Of a stretch of DNA of 58,119 nucleotides, positions 11,525-24,523 are shown one piece after another. A model generated the notes under the pieces. That model was not told the origin of the DNA. It searched no databases and worked only from the letters and a program-made list of their open reading frames with translations. This stretch comes from Chiloscyllium plagiosum (lineage: Eukaryota), in NCBI RefSeq assembly GCF_004010195.1, contig NC_057749.1, positions 15,858,549-15,916,667 on the forward strand, in the 5' to 3' direction. The position numbers and the translations under genes are program-made. The stretch's first letter is position 1, and each line of letters starts with the position of its first letter.

Positions 11525-14500
11525 GTCACAGAAATACTGAGCAGCACTGACCTCGACACCAAGGCCTGCGTTACCATCTGCCACTGTGGAGACGGAGACT
11601 GGAGCGAGCTTGAACAGCATAACCTGCAGGGCTTCATCCACATCAAAGTGAACCCTGCTCCCATGCTGCCAGAGATGGACGGCGTCTCGGAGTTCACGGA
11701 ATACCTCACGGAATCGGTGGAGGTTCCCTCGCCCTTTGACCTGTTGGAGCCTCCGACCTCCGGGGGCTTCCTCAAATTGTCCAAACCTTGCTGCTACATC
11801 TTCCCCGGGGGCAGGGGCGACTCGGCGCTTTTCGCTGTAAATGGCTTCAATATCCTGGTGGATGGGGGCTCCGACAGGAAGTCTTGCTTCTGGAAGCTGG
11901 TCCGTCACTTGGACAGGATTGACTCCATACTGCTGACGCACATAGGCGCTGACAATTTACCCGGCATTAATGGACTGCTCCAGAGAAAGATTGCTGAGCA
12001 GGATGAGGAACAATCACAGGGGTCCACCACGTATAGTGACTGGATCAAGAACCTTATCTCTCCTGAGTTGGGAGTGGTATTTTTCAATGTGCCTGACAAA
12101 TTAAAGATGCATGAATCCTCTATGAAGGTTAAAAGGAGCATTGAAGAAGCTTGTCTAACATTACAGTACTTAACCAAACTGGGTATCAAACCAGAACCTC
12201 TCAACAGGGTTGTGGGTGCCACAATTGACCCCATCCCATTGTTCCACAAGATGGGAGTTGGGAGGCTAGATATGTACATTCTTAACCCAGTGAAAGACAG
12301 CAAGGAAATGCAGTTCCTGATGCAGAAGTGGGCGGGCAACAGCAAGGCCAAGACTGGCATCGTCCTACCAAATGGCAAGGAAGGGGAGATTTCAGTCCCT
12401 TACCTCACATCCATCACAGCTCTAGTTGTGTGGCACCCCGCCAACCCGACAGAGAAGATAGTCCGCGTCTTGTTCCCCGGCAACGCCCCCCAGAACAAAA
12501 TCTTGGAAGGGCTGGAGAAACTGAAACACCTGGACTTCCTCAAATACCCGGTCGCCACGCAGAAGGACCTTTCCGCTGGCGTGGCGACGCCCGTCGTGAA
12601 GCAGACCAAGATGAGGCAAAGGACAGACAGCAAAGAGAGCCTCAAATCTTCACCCAAGCCTTCACTGGCCAGGGCAGCAAAGAAGGAGGAACCAGCCGAA
12701 GAGACCCCTCTGAAACAGCTCGACGTTAAGACGGAGGAAGTGAAGGAAGACAAGCCAGAAAAGAAAGAGGAGAAGAAGGCAAAATCTGATGTGGAGAAGG
12801 CAACAACAGACACGATCAAAACAGAAAAGAAAAAGTTGGTCAAGGAGAAGACCATCAAAAAACACACCAAAGACAAATTGGCCAAATCGGAAGAAAAGAA
12901 GGACAAAGAGAAAAAGGAGATCAAAAAGGAGAGGAGGGAAGTGAAGAAGGAAGATGCAAAAAGGGAAGAGAAGAAGGAGGTTAAGAAAGAAGAGAAAAAG
13001 AAGGAAAAAGAGGCCAAGAAGGAATCTAAGAAATTCATCAAAGCTGACTTAAAGCCTTTCACACCCGAGGTGAGGAAAACCTTACACAAGGTCAAAGGGC
13101 CAGGCAAGAAAATCGACTCCGGTAAAACAAAAGCAGCAAAAGATTCCATCGTGGAACAAAAGAGTGAGCCCACGGCCCCTGATACCCTGAGGACTGAGCA
13201 AGCAACCACCCATTTACAGGAGGAGAGATCCATCATGTCATCACCAGAGGATCTGACCAAGGATTTCGAGCAATTGAGAAACGAAGAGGCAGCGATGGTG
13301 GAGGCTGTCTCTGAGGAGCCAAGCAAAGGCCCTGTCCCTGTGGAAGGTACAACTCCTTTGGAAGTGGAGACCCTTCCTGATATGTTAGTGCCTAGCCCTC
13401 AGCAGGACATGATCATAACACCAGCCGTTACTGACACAAAGGTCCCTCTGGTATCTCCGGATGAAGGGATCAACACGACTGATGTAGAGGGAGAATCACC
13501 GCGTGACGAGCAGATAATTGGCCGACCTGAACCAATGACAGTGGAGAGGTTTGAAGATGAAGGTGCGGGAATGGAAGAATCATTGGAAATGAGTGAATTG
13601 GAAGAGAAGGTAGTGAGGACAGAGAAGGACAAAGAGAGCTTCATTAAGGATGGTCTAGAAGGTCAATTTGATAAAGAGAAAGACCTCTTTGTTAAGGAAC
13701 AAGTCAAAACACCGGAAAAACCAGAAAGAGAGGTTGGAAGGAAGGATGAAATGGAGGAAATGGAAAAGTGTGAAAGATATATTGAAACATTGGGAGCAAA
13801 GGAGCAGATGGAAGAGAGTGAGGGAGAAGAGGTGGTGGAGAAAGCAGAACTGGAAGAAACTGTAGAAGCTCTAGAAGAAGACAAGAAGGTAAAAATCAAA
13901 GAGAAAGGAGTGCTTGATGATGACCTTAAAATGAAACTTCAAGTCAGTGGCAAACTACTCCAGGATATTACTGAAGGTGAAAAGCCTCCAACAGAGAAGA
14001 AAGAAATTTCAACCCCAGGCGACAAAGGGGCTGTGGCTAAGGAAGAGCCACCTGCAGCAGCCCAGCCTGCTCCAGCAGGGGTAATGGCCGAAGCAATCTC
14101 ATACATTCAGGACGAGACAATCCCGGGCTACTCGGAGACCGAGCAAACCATTTCTGACGAGGAAATCCATGACGAGCAGGAAGATCAGATGTCACACCTA
14201 AAGTATGAAGTGGACACTTATGACATCTCCGTGCCGGATGACACAAAGTCATTCGATGCGGTCCACGGGATGAAGGAGATGAAGGCTCTGTCGGCGGCTG
14301 ATATTGGCGTCAAGGGTTTCACCAGAGAGGAGCCTGTGGTCGTTGTGTACCCCTCGGAGATTGTTGCTGCCCCACTTGCTGAGGAGGAGCACATCTCCTC
14401 TGCGGCTTCCATCACCGAGTGTGACAAACTTTCCTCCTTCGCTACCTCGGTAGCGGAGGACCAGTCAATGACCTCCGTAACTGCGCCCCAGACTGAGGAG

Positions 14501-17500
14501 ACAGCAAAGAGCTCGCTGCTGTTGGACACCGTCAACAGCATGGCCTCCTCTAGGACTGAAGCCACACAAGGCAGGGATTATGTCCCATCCGCGGGCACGA
14601 TATCCCCCACCTCCTCTCTGGAGGAGGACAAATACTTTAAATCTCCACCTTCCGAAGATTTCCATCCTGTGGCTGAAGTTGCTAAGACAGACGAGGAGGA
14701 CTATGAAGACCAGACACCAAATGTAGAGGTCCCAACAAAACTAAGCGACCAATATGCAGCAATGTTTCCAGAAAAGAGTGCACCCGCTCCCTACTTACTG
14801 GGTGAATATATCACTGACGGCCAAAGCACTGACTTCCAAAGCACTGAACAGAAACATAAGCCTTCCTTGCATTTTGATGCAGATTTGCCTGAAAGCGATG
14901 ACAAATGCATCAGCCCAGACGATAGCACGGTGAAAATGGCCTCACCAACTCAGTCAGGGCCAACTAGTGCTGGGCACACACCATTCCATCAGTCACCGGT
15001 GGAGGAAAGAACAGACTCTGTTGAGGCAGAACTCCTTGAACAGGTTCCAGACCAAACCACTTTTCACCCTGAGAAACCAGCACTCAGTGAAGACACAACA
15101 CTACCGAGTTCACAGCAGAGCCCTCTTAGCGACCTGCCAATGAAACCTGAGCTATTCAGAGAACATTTCCTGCCTTATTCACCCATTGTCCTGGACTCTG
15201 ATGCCTACGAGCCTGAGCTAACTTCAAAAGAGAAAATGCTTCATGAGCAGGAACTGCGAGCGACAGAAAAAATGGAGAAAGACGCATACGAGACTGAACA
15301 TGCGCCGACTGAGAAACTGGAGAGAGATGTTCAAGAGAAGAAACCTACCCCAGACAAAGTGACAGAAGCAAAAATCGAACCTACAGATACCCGAATACAC
15401 GAGGAAGAGTTCAGAGAGAAAAAAGTAGATGTTGCAAAAGTTGCGGAGGAGAAGCCCGCCATTGGAGAACAGGCAGCAACAGGAATCCCAGAGCCCAAAC
15501 CACCAGATGCTAAAGCAATTGTATCAGACATTCAGGAGCACAAATCTGAAGTAATTGATAATAAAGACTTGGAGAAAAAATCTCCTGATACTGAAAAAGC
15601 GACGATAGAAGCTGCAGAAAAGCAACTTGCAGATTCCGATACCATGGATAGATTGGAGCCAGAAAAATCACTTATCGACACTGGCAAAGTGGAAAGAGAG
15701 GAGTTAGAGAAGAAAATTGAAGATGTTGGAAAAGAGGAAAAAGAAGGTTTGGAAAAGAAACCTGGAGATTTTGGAATAACGGAAAAAGAGGATACAGAAA
15801 AGAAACTTGGAGATGTTGGAAAAATAGAAAAAGAGGATACGGAAGAGAAACCTGAGGATGTGGGAAAAGTGGAGAAAGAGGATGTGGAAAAGAAACTTGA
15901 TGTTGGGAAAATAGAAAAAGAGGATACGGAAAAGAAACCTGAGGATGTGGGAAAAGTGGAGAGAGAGGATGTGGAAAAGAAACTTGAGGATGTGGGAAAA
16001 GTGGAGAAAGAGGATGTGGAAAAGAAACTTGATGTTGGGAAAATAGAAAAAGAGGATACGGAAAAGAAACCTGAGGATGTGGGAAAAGTGGAGAGAGAGG
16101 ATGTGGAAAAGAAACTTGAGGATGTGGGAAAAGTGGAGAAAGAGGATATGGAAAAGAAACTTGATGTTGGGAAAATAGAAAAAGAGGATACGGAAAAGAA
16201 ACCTGAGGATGTGGGAAAAGTAGAAAGAGAGGATGTGGAAAAGAAAATTGGAGATGTTGAAATAATGGGAAAAGAGGATTTGGAAAAGAAACCTGAAGAT
16301 GTTACAAAGGTAGAAAAAGAAGACTTGGAAAAAAAAATTGGAGATGTTAAAAAATTAGAAAAACAGGATGCTGAAAAGAAAATTGATGTTGACAAAGTAG
16401 AAAAAGAGGACATAGAAAAGAAACCTGGAGATGATAAGATGGAAAAAGAGGATTTGGCAAAAACAGCAATAAATTTGGAAAAGAAAATTGGAGATGTTGG
16501 AAAACTGGGAAAAGAGGATTTGGAAGAGAAATCTGAAGATGTTGGAAAAGTAGAAAAAGAGATTTTGGAAAAGAAAATTGGAGATGTTGCAACGATGGAA
16601 AAAGGAGACTCAGCAAAAGAGCTATTAGATTTGGAAAATAAACTTGGAGATGTGGGAAAAGTCGAAAAAGAGGATATGGAAAAGAAACTTGGAGATATTG
16701 GAATAATGGGAAAAGATGCAGAAAAGAAACTGGAGGAGTTTGGAAAGATGGAAAAAGTTGAAGCTGAGAAAAAAATTATCGAAGCTGAACCAGTGACCAG
16801 AGAGGAAACACAACAACAGGCATCCATTGAAAAGGTGTGGGCCGAGGATGTAATGCAGAAGGTGGAAAAGGAGGACTTTGCAAAGAAATCTGATGATGTT
16901 GAGAAGATGGATAAGGAGACACCAGAGAAGCAAACTCCAGATGCCATGAAGGGGGAAAAGGAGATTGAGAAAACCAAAGTTATAGAGAAAGAAGAGCTGG
17001 GCGAGGATGTGTTAGTGAGTGCACTTGTGGCATCTACAAAACCCGTACCAGACCAGGCACCTGCAGGGGATGCGAAAATGGAGAAGTGTGTACAGGAAAA
17101 GGAAGACTTGATGGAAAAAGTGGGTAAAGACATCCCACAAAAGGAAGTCAAACCTGTGAAAGAACAATCAACAACAGAAACATTTCTCTCTGATGTCCCA
17201 GGGAAGGAACCTGCAACAAAAGCTGATGAGCGACCAGACAGTTTCAAGTTTGAATATTCTCCAATTGATGCACCAGAAAGCTCCGTGAGTGAGACACAAG
17301 GTGTACAAAAGGATAATGCAGAACTATTGTGTGAGACAATCTGTTCTTCAGAAGATGAAGATCTACCTGTGATTACAGAAAGCAAGACAATACTTGCAGC
17401 TCAACTACCACCAACCACCGAAAAGGCACCGATGCCAAAAAGCGAGGGAGACCTTTCTGTGCAGTCAACAGTTCCCAAGGACATTTCACCAACAGACTAT

Positions 17501-20500
17501 CCAAGTGTTTCCGTGGATAAGATTACACCTGCAGAAGTAAAGGAACACGATTGGTTACAACCAGATCCTTCTCTACATCTTCAGACTGAAACTGCTACAG
17601 AGTCTGGTTTTCCCAAAATGGAAGTGAAATCCGAAATTCGGGAAGCTGAATGCATCCATACTGCAGCAGAGAAGAAAATGGAGAAACTCGAAATATGGGG
17701 AAGTGACAGTGTGCGCAGCAGCCCTGAAGGAGAGCAGAAATCTCCTTTGGAGGTTGGGAGCCATTCTGCAAGTGAGACTGAATCAATCAGCTCGCGTACA
17801 CAATCTGCCATTGAATCAACTCCCTGGGATCCAGCTTCCTACCAATCGCAATATTATTTGGAAAAGGATTCTGCAGTTCCAACGCTGGAATCTTCTTTAA
17901 CCAAGTCATTTCCACCAAAGGATTCACTCACTGAAAAGGTGGAGACAGGGACTGTAAGCGAACACCAGTATTCCTCCTATGAAGATGAAAAGAGAGAAGC
18001 TTCCAGTGAGCTCGATTACTCTTGGACTACTGGGAAAAGTCCTGAATCTGAGCACGTTGGAATGTTTGAAAAGAAACCAGATCTGCCCCAGGAGCCGAAG
18101 CCTTCGGTCCCATCTCCTCCCGAACCCACAGTTTCCTGGACTGGCACAGAGCAGCACGTTGCTGCTGTTTCATTTACAGGACGGGTGGCTGAAGAAACAA
18201 TCAAGGAACCAACTGTGGAAAGCTTCACAACAGGAGAGAAGCAACAGGAAGGTCTTACAGACGACGCTGTGTTTAAAGACAGGGAACAATCCCTGGAGCA
18301 AGAGGACATGTATCCTCCTCCTGGTGGGTATGAGTACACAGCTATTTTGAGAGAGAGTGAGGCTGAGAGTTCCAGCAAGTCAACGCACCATTCACTTGAA
18401 GCGTTAGGAGATCCATTGTTGCTGTTCGATTCCCAGAAAGAAACTAGTCCCCATCCTGTCACAGAAGCAGACTCCAGGACCACGCTGGAAGATATTCCAT
18501 CAAAATCCCCTGACACTGGCAGGAAAGCCTTCACCTACGCAGAGATCGATGAGAAAGTCACTGCTCTAGGTCTTGAAAACCTGGCAAAGTCTCAGAGGGA
18601 AATGGAATCGAAAGGTTTCGACTATCTCTCCCAGGAGAGAGAGCTGCCCTTCGAAATGGCCTGGGACGCTGGAAAGGGCATAGCACCCGCACAAAAGGAT
18701 CTGTCACCTTGTAGCTTTTCAGCAGAGGAACCGACAACGCAGTCTCCGCTTTCGGAAGGTGAGCTGAGATCTGAAGGGTCGGTTCACTATACAGAAATTC
18801 CGGGCCTGCATGGACCTCCATCTCCAACGTTGAAAGAAACCCCGTTGAGTGTGTTGGGACAGGATAAAGGCGGGGAACTCAGTGAGTCGTCAGTGGTAGC
18901 TGAGAAGGACGGACAAACCAGAACAGACTCAGTCCATCATCCTGCTTGGCTCGAAGAGAGAGAGAGCCCAGCTCAAAGCATCGCAGAGTCAAAACACAGG
19001 TCCACCCCATCTCTGCCTTATACCGAGATCTCCCAATTAGACATCAGTGCTTTGGGGAGCAGTGTCGAATCCACATCGATAAGGCCAAGGGAGCCAGATT
19101 CCAATGTCCTGGGCTATTACGAGAAGGAAGTTGACGAAAGCAGCAGTGACTCGGAGTTAGAGAAAGGCGCCAAAGAGAAATCCGAGAAAGAATCTCCATC
19201 AGGCAAATCTCACCAAGAGGAGGAGCGGGGCACTTCCTACACGGAGATGCAGGAAGTAGGTAGGGTCGCTCCGTGTCCCAGTGTTGACCAGCAGCCCTGG
19301 GCCCAGACTCTGAGTACAGTGGGTAGTGCCTGCCAACAAGACGATGGTGAGGAGACCCAGAAGGAGCAGCAGTTACCAAAGTCCGAGAAAGAGCAGTTCA
19401 CTTTGAACCGTGAGGAAAAGGACATCTGGTGCCCCAGCGATCCCGCGAGCTTCTCCCATGGGCTGGATACTCAGGGCCGCGACATAGGGCATCAAGAGCA
19501 GTCCAGGGCCCGGCTGGAAATGTCCCCCTTGGCAGAGCCTGAGCGCACTGTGCCACCTGAAGAGGTAGGGAAAGATCCCGATAAAGCCAGACTCCAGGAG
19601 GGACAGTCTGCGGAAAAGCAGCTGATGCCAGATGCGTGCGTTCATAGTCAGGATCAGGAATCTCCCGGAGTTATTCCGCACTCTGCACCCACCAAGCCAT
19701 GGACAACTGAATCCGAACAATCTCGCACTGACCCTGACAGGGTAAAACATTCCGGGCCTCCATTTGAATACTCCTCCTTAATGGAAGAGAGAGCGTTCTC
19801 AGGAGCGCTGTTACAAGACGGCGGGATAAAGGATGAGTACTTGGAGGTGTCGCCCAAAGGTGAATCTCAGACGTTACCCCTGAGTCCATTCCTGGAGAGT
19901 AAACCGTTCCCACCGCTAGCTCCGGCAGAGCTGAGCAGTGAAAGCTTGTGGAAGGAAACTTCAGCGGCTTCCTGTGCCTCAACTCAGCCCCAACAAGACT
20001 CAGCATCCTCCCAGCAGCCTCTCTCCCCTTCTGGTACCCCCTTGCTGCTGCCAGGAACCCCCAGTGAAGCCAAGGGCAGGAGCCTGGATGAGGTTTCTCC
20101 CCTGGTTCCAGCGGGTGAGGCAGTCTCCCAGCCTGTGGAAGCTGAGGACCCTCAGCCTCTGTCTGTAGAGCATGGCTCGGCCTATCTGTGCGACATTGAA
20201 GACTCCACACTGTCCTGCAGGGTGGAGTGTCACAGGTCAGAGGCCCCACCCTCCGCCCCTGAATCCAAACCAGAGAAGGGAGCGGTAGCTTCCGACACCA
20301 GGCAGCCACCAAAGGAGCAAGCGGTCTCCGAAACGGCGCTGGCTCAGCCACTGACCCTGTTCCAACCTCCTCCCCCAACTCAACACAGCCCAGCCACCAG
20401 CAACGGCCCGACGGAGATGAGCTTCGGTCCCCTGTTGGCGGCCGGCACTCCGGAGAAAGACCAAGACTCCTTTAGCACCTCCGCACTGTCGGACGAGAAG

Positions 20501-21503
20501 AGCAGCCCGGGTTCCGAGCTCGGCAAGTCCTGTTCCGAGGATGAGATGGAGTGCCTGGTGCGGCCGTCCTCTCTAACCTCCGCCGACCAGAGCTTCCGGC
20601 CATTTTTGCCAGACGCCCAGAGGGGCAGGATGGCAGGTGACCAGGGGGACGCTGCCCATGAGCTGGAGGGATGCCCGGGGGTGATGTCTGACCACAGGTT
20701 GGCCTTCACCTCGGGTGAATACAAGCACCAGAAGGATGAACTTTCACCCTCGTTCATCAACCCCAGCCCCCACGAGCTGTCGGACGATGATGATGGCCAC
20801 TCCCAGGATGATGTCCGTACCTCTGTCCAAAAGCACTGCACCCCCCAGCCCTTAGGCAGTCATGTGACCCTGGGCGAGGAGACCCCACCCACCTCAGGCA
20901 GTGAATCGTTCCCCTTGAATTCGGACTCTGACGTCCCACCTGAAACAGAGGAGTGTCCCTCCATCACCGCCGACGCCGCCATTGACTCTGATGAGGATGC
21001 GGATTACCTTCCCGTCGATAAGACCACCAGCTCGGCTCACCATTCGTCCGCGCGGCCTGCCCTCGACCCACCACCTGCTCCCCTGATGGACCCTCAGCCT
21101 CACCCTCCGCAGCCCGACGTCTGCATGGTCGATCCCGAGGTCCTGGCCAACGAGCAGAACATCAGCAAGGCGGAGAGATTGCTGAAGAAGGACATGAAGG
21201 ACAAAGTGAAGAGCACGAAGAAAATGATGAACAAGTCAAAGTCGGCGTCCCCTGGGCGGAAAGCAGACTCAAAGGGGAAGCAGACTGCGGCCCCAGCCAG
21301 ACCGTCCCCAGCAAAAGACTCGACGGAGAAATCACCAAAGGCAGCGTCGACAAAGAAGAAGGAGAAAGACCCGTCCGATAAAGTCCGAGCCTCCCGAGCG
21401 GGTGATGTTCACTCGTCCCGGGTTGATGACCGTGATGACATCTCCAGGTCTAGCCAGCCCAGCACTGGCAAGGCCATGGTCAATGGGATCAAGTCCAATT
21501 CAG
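11525..21503 (+). CDS. MAP1A: MAP1A giant coding exon (9979 nt): N-terminal conserved domain, KKE microtubule-binding region, acidic projection domain, heavy/light-chain junction
   Basis: Acceptor gattcAG|GTC, donor TCAG|GTGAGA (phase 1). Residues NILVDGGSDRKSCFWKLVRHLDRID, MQKWAGNSKAKTG, GNAPQNKILEG, KPFTPEVRKTL and YIQDETIPGYSETEQTISDEEIHDE match MAP1A rather than MAP1B. The GTG start at 11492 in the ORF track is intronic. Confidence 0.97.
15715..16770 (+). repeat. Coding tandem repeat in MAP1A: ~15-aa (45-nt) units with a 44-aa (132-nt) higher-order unit
   Basis: KKLDVGKIEKEDTE-KKPEDVGKVEREDVE-KKLEDVGKVEKEDVE recurs at 132-nt spacing (~15889, 16021, 16153), flanked by more diverged monomers. 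Confidence 0.92.
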
Positions 21504-22798
21504 GTGAGAAACCCCTGGGTTAAACAGTGAGTATTACAGCCCAGCACTGGCCAGGCAGCGCAGGGATAGCTTTAGTGTGTTTGCTTCACAATCACAAGGT
21601 CCTTGGCTCAGGTCCTGCTCTTGAGGCCTAGGCTGACGTTCCTGTGTGGCACTGGGAGAGAGCAGCACTGTCCCAGGAGCCTGTTTTCAGGTGAGATTTT
21701 TAACCAAGGCTGCTTCTGCCGTCACCAATGTTTAACCCCCAGTCAACATCCCAAACATAGATGACCTGGTCCTTACTGCACTGTAGCTTGTGGGAGTTCA
21801 CTGAGTGCAAGTCTTTCCTACATTACAGCTGTGTGACTGCCTTGTATAGCTGCTGCTTGCGAACACAAGCACTATATCAAAGGACCAAAGCAGACATTGC
21901 TGAAAAAGCTCAGCAGGTCTGGCAGCATCTGTGGAGAGAAAACCGTTAACGTTTTGGATCCAGTGTCCAGTTCTGAGGATCTGAAATGTTAATTCTGTTT
22001 CTCTCTCCACAGATGCTGCCAGACCTGCTCAGTTTCTCCAGCACTTTCTAATTTTAGGTAACATTCTATTTGGCTCCTTCTGTGTTAGCGTTGGAAACCA
22101 GGGTCAGAGTGGAAACCTGGAAACAGGTCAATGGCTGGACATTGGTAAAAAGTGAATTTCTCGCCCCTCTCACCACCTCACAATTATCACTCACTTATAT
22201 GTCCACTCCCAACTTCCTATTCTCAAAAGCTCAGCTTCTACATGAGTGAGTACGGTAGGTTAGGTCAATCAAGTTGAGCTATAGGTCAGATCTGATGGTC
22301 TACATGTCCATTCAGCCCATCGAACCTGCTCTGCCATTCAATAAGATCATGACTGATCTGACATTCCTCATTTCCACTTTCCTGTCCTTTCCCTGTAACT
22401 CTTGATGCTCCAACTGATTGGGAATCTCTCTATCTCAGTCTTAAAGCTCTCTCTGTGGTAAGGAGTTCCCAAGGTACTCAACCCTCTGAGAGGAGAAATT
22501 TCTCCTCATCTCCACCTTAAAGTGGTGCTCCTTTGTACTGAGACTATGCCGTCTGGTCCTAGGCTGTCCCATGAGGGGAAGTGGGTGACACCTAATTTTC
22601 GAACAGTGACGTCTGGTTCTGTATTCTGCACTGTCTCCCCACCCCCTTTGGGATTTGCCTCTGGATGTTCCCTTCTGATACGTAGGAGTAGTCGGTTCAG
22701 AGCTCTGTGCCCATTGCTTAGTTAAGTGTTGACTGCTATCTCAGACAGGTGCGGGGCCCACATCACAATGTCTAAACGCTTCTTGGGTCCTTTGACAG

Positions 22799-23031
22799 CT
22801 TCCGCCAACATCAAGCCCAGCTCCGGAGTGCCCCCAGGCCCTCCAGTGTACGTGGACCTGGCCTACATTCCCAACCACTGCAGCGGGAAGAATGTAGACC
22901 TGGAATTCTTCAAACGTGTCCGATCCTCCTACTACGTGGTGAGTGGGAATGACCCCGGAAGTGGGGAGCCGAGCCGAGCTGTACTGGATGCCCTTTTGGA
23001 TGGAAAGGCCCAATGGGGGAGCAATCTTCAG
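22799..23031 (+). CDS. MAP1A: MAP1A penultimate coding exon (light chain LC2)
   Basis: Acceptor tttgacAG, donor CAG|GTGGGT, phase 1/0. Translates (A)SANIKPSSGVPPGPPVYVDLAYIPNHCSGKNVDLEFFKRVRSSYYVVSGNDP...GKAQWGSNLQ. Confidence 0.95.
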
Positions 23032-24367
23032 GTGGGTACCTACCATTGACATCATCTTTCTGACCCCTCTCCGAAACAATCCATCAAATCCCAGTCTCCG
23101 CCAAAACCTCCCAGTCTACTTCATATGACCCATCGGCATATCCCTCTATTCCTGTCTGCCTCATACAGTTAAGAGGAAGTTAGATAAATATATCAAAACT
23201 ATTTTCCCCTCTACTTACTTACTATTGGAGCGAGTTCCAAATTTCCACCACTCTCTCCCTCCCCCTGATTTCCTGACTGGGTTTATTAGTTAAAAATCAC
23301 AACACCAGGTTATAGTCCAACAGGTTTAATTGGAAGCCCACTAGCTTTCGGAGCGACGCTGTGACTGTCTTGTATTGATGGTGTATAATTCTGCTTTCCA
23401 CATGCGTGGAAATATTTTTTCTACTTTTCATACGAAGAGGTAAATAAAGAATTCCATTCGGTCGTGCGTCATTACCTTTTTATTTGTTTAGGGGATGAGG
23501 GCTAGGCCGCATTTATTGTCCAAGCTTAATTGCCCAGAGGGCAGTTGAAAGTCAACCACATTGCTGTGGGTCTGGAGTCACATGTAGGCCAGACTAGGTA
23601 AGGATGGTAGATTCCTTCATTAAAGGGCATTAGTGAACCAGTTGGATTTCTCCTGATAATCAGCAATGGATTCATGGTCATCATTAGGCTCTTAATTCTA
23701 CATATTTATTGAATTCAAATTCCAACTGCCATGATAGGATTCAAACCCAGCTCCCCAGAACTATTACAATAGAACCTGTTACTAACTGAAATGCTTGTGG
23801 AAGCCACCTTCAAAAGAAACCTCTTCCCCTTAAATCCCTCCATCCTCTAGCCCTGCAACTGAGATATTTGTGCTCCCCCAACTGTGGTCTCTTTGAGCAT
23901 CCCCTTTTTAATCATTCTGGCATTGGCTCTATGCCCTCAGTAGCCTGGGGCCTGAATTCAGGAATTCCCTCCATTCCTCCCTCCATCCTTTACAACACTC
24001 CCTTAAAAATCTGCCTCTTGTTGATGACCATCTGGCCCAGTATCTCCTGATGCATTAAATATTGGTTTGCAATGCTCCTGTTGCAAAGTGCTTTGCTGTC
24101 TCAAAGTCGCTGTGTAAATACATGCTGTTGTTGTTGTGAAAAGGCAACACTCTGCCCAATCAGAGTCAACTTGCCGGCCAATCAGCACCATTTTTCTGCT
24201 GTAATGTAAGTTGTTGAGTTTGAAATTTGGCATTCTTGCCTTTCGTCCTGACACGCACAAGATTTTGGCAATGTCTCTGTCTTTTCAGTGAGACTCGCCT
24301 TCCGTGCTGCAAAGACACTATTTTGTTTGCACTTCTGTGACAGGGGGACTTTGTTACTCTGTTCTAG

Positions 24368-24523
24368 GTGACGCTAATACCGACCCACGACACAGAAGTG
24401 ACACGGGAGTGGTACCAACAGACCCATGAACGGCAGCAAGAGCTAAACATCATGGTGTTGGCCAGCAGTAGCACAGTGGTAATGCAGGACGAGTCGTTCC
24501 CAGCGTGCAAGATTGAATTCTGA
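24368..24523 (+). CDS. MAP1A: MAP1A last coding exon (LC2 C-terminus, TGA stop)
   Basis: Acceptor ctctgttctAG. Translates VTLIPTHDTEVTREWYQQTHERQQELNIMVLASSSTVVMQDESFPACKIEF*, the canonical MAP1 C-terminus. Confidence 0.97.
   Translation: MTLIPTHDTEVTREWYQQTHERQQELNIMVLASSSTVVMQDESFPACKIEF

Noticed and set aside
15532..17385. 617-aa antisense ORF (and 12400-13326, 308 aa) within MAP1A
   Set aside because: Ser/Phe-rich shadow of the purine-rich K/E codons on the + strand; no independent gene signals.
6959..24523. MAP1B or MAP1S identity
   Set aside because: Diagnostic residues (NILVDGGSDRKS, KWAGNSKAKTG, KPFTPEVRKTL, IPTHDTEVTREWYQQTHE) match MAP1A.
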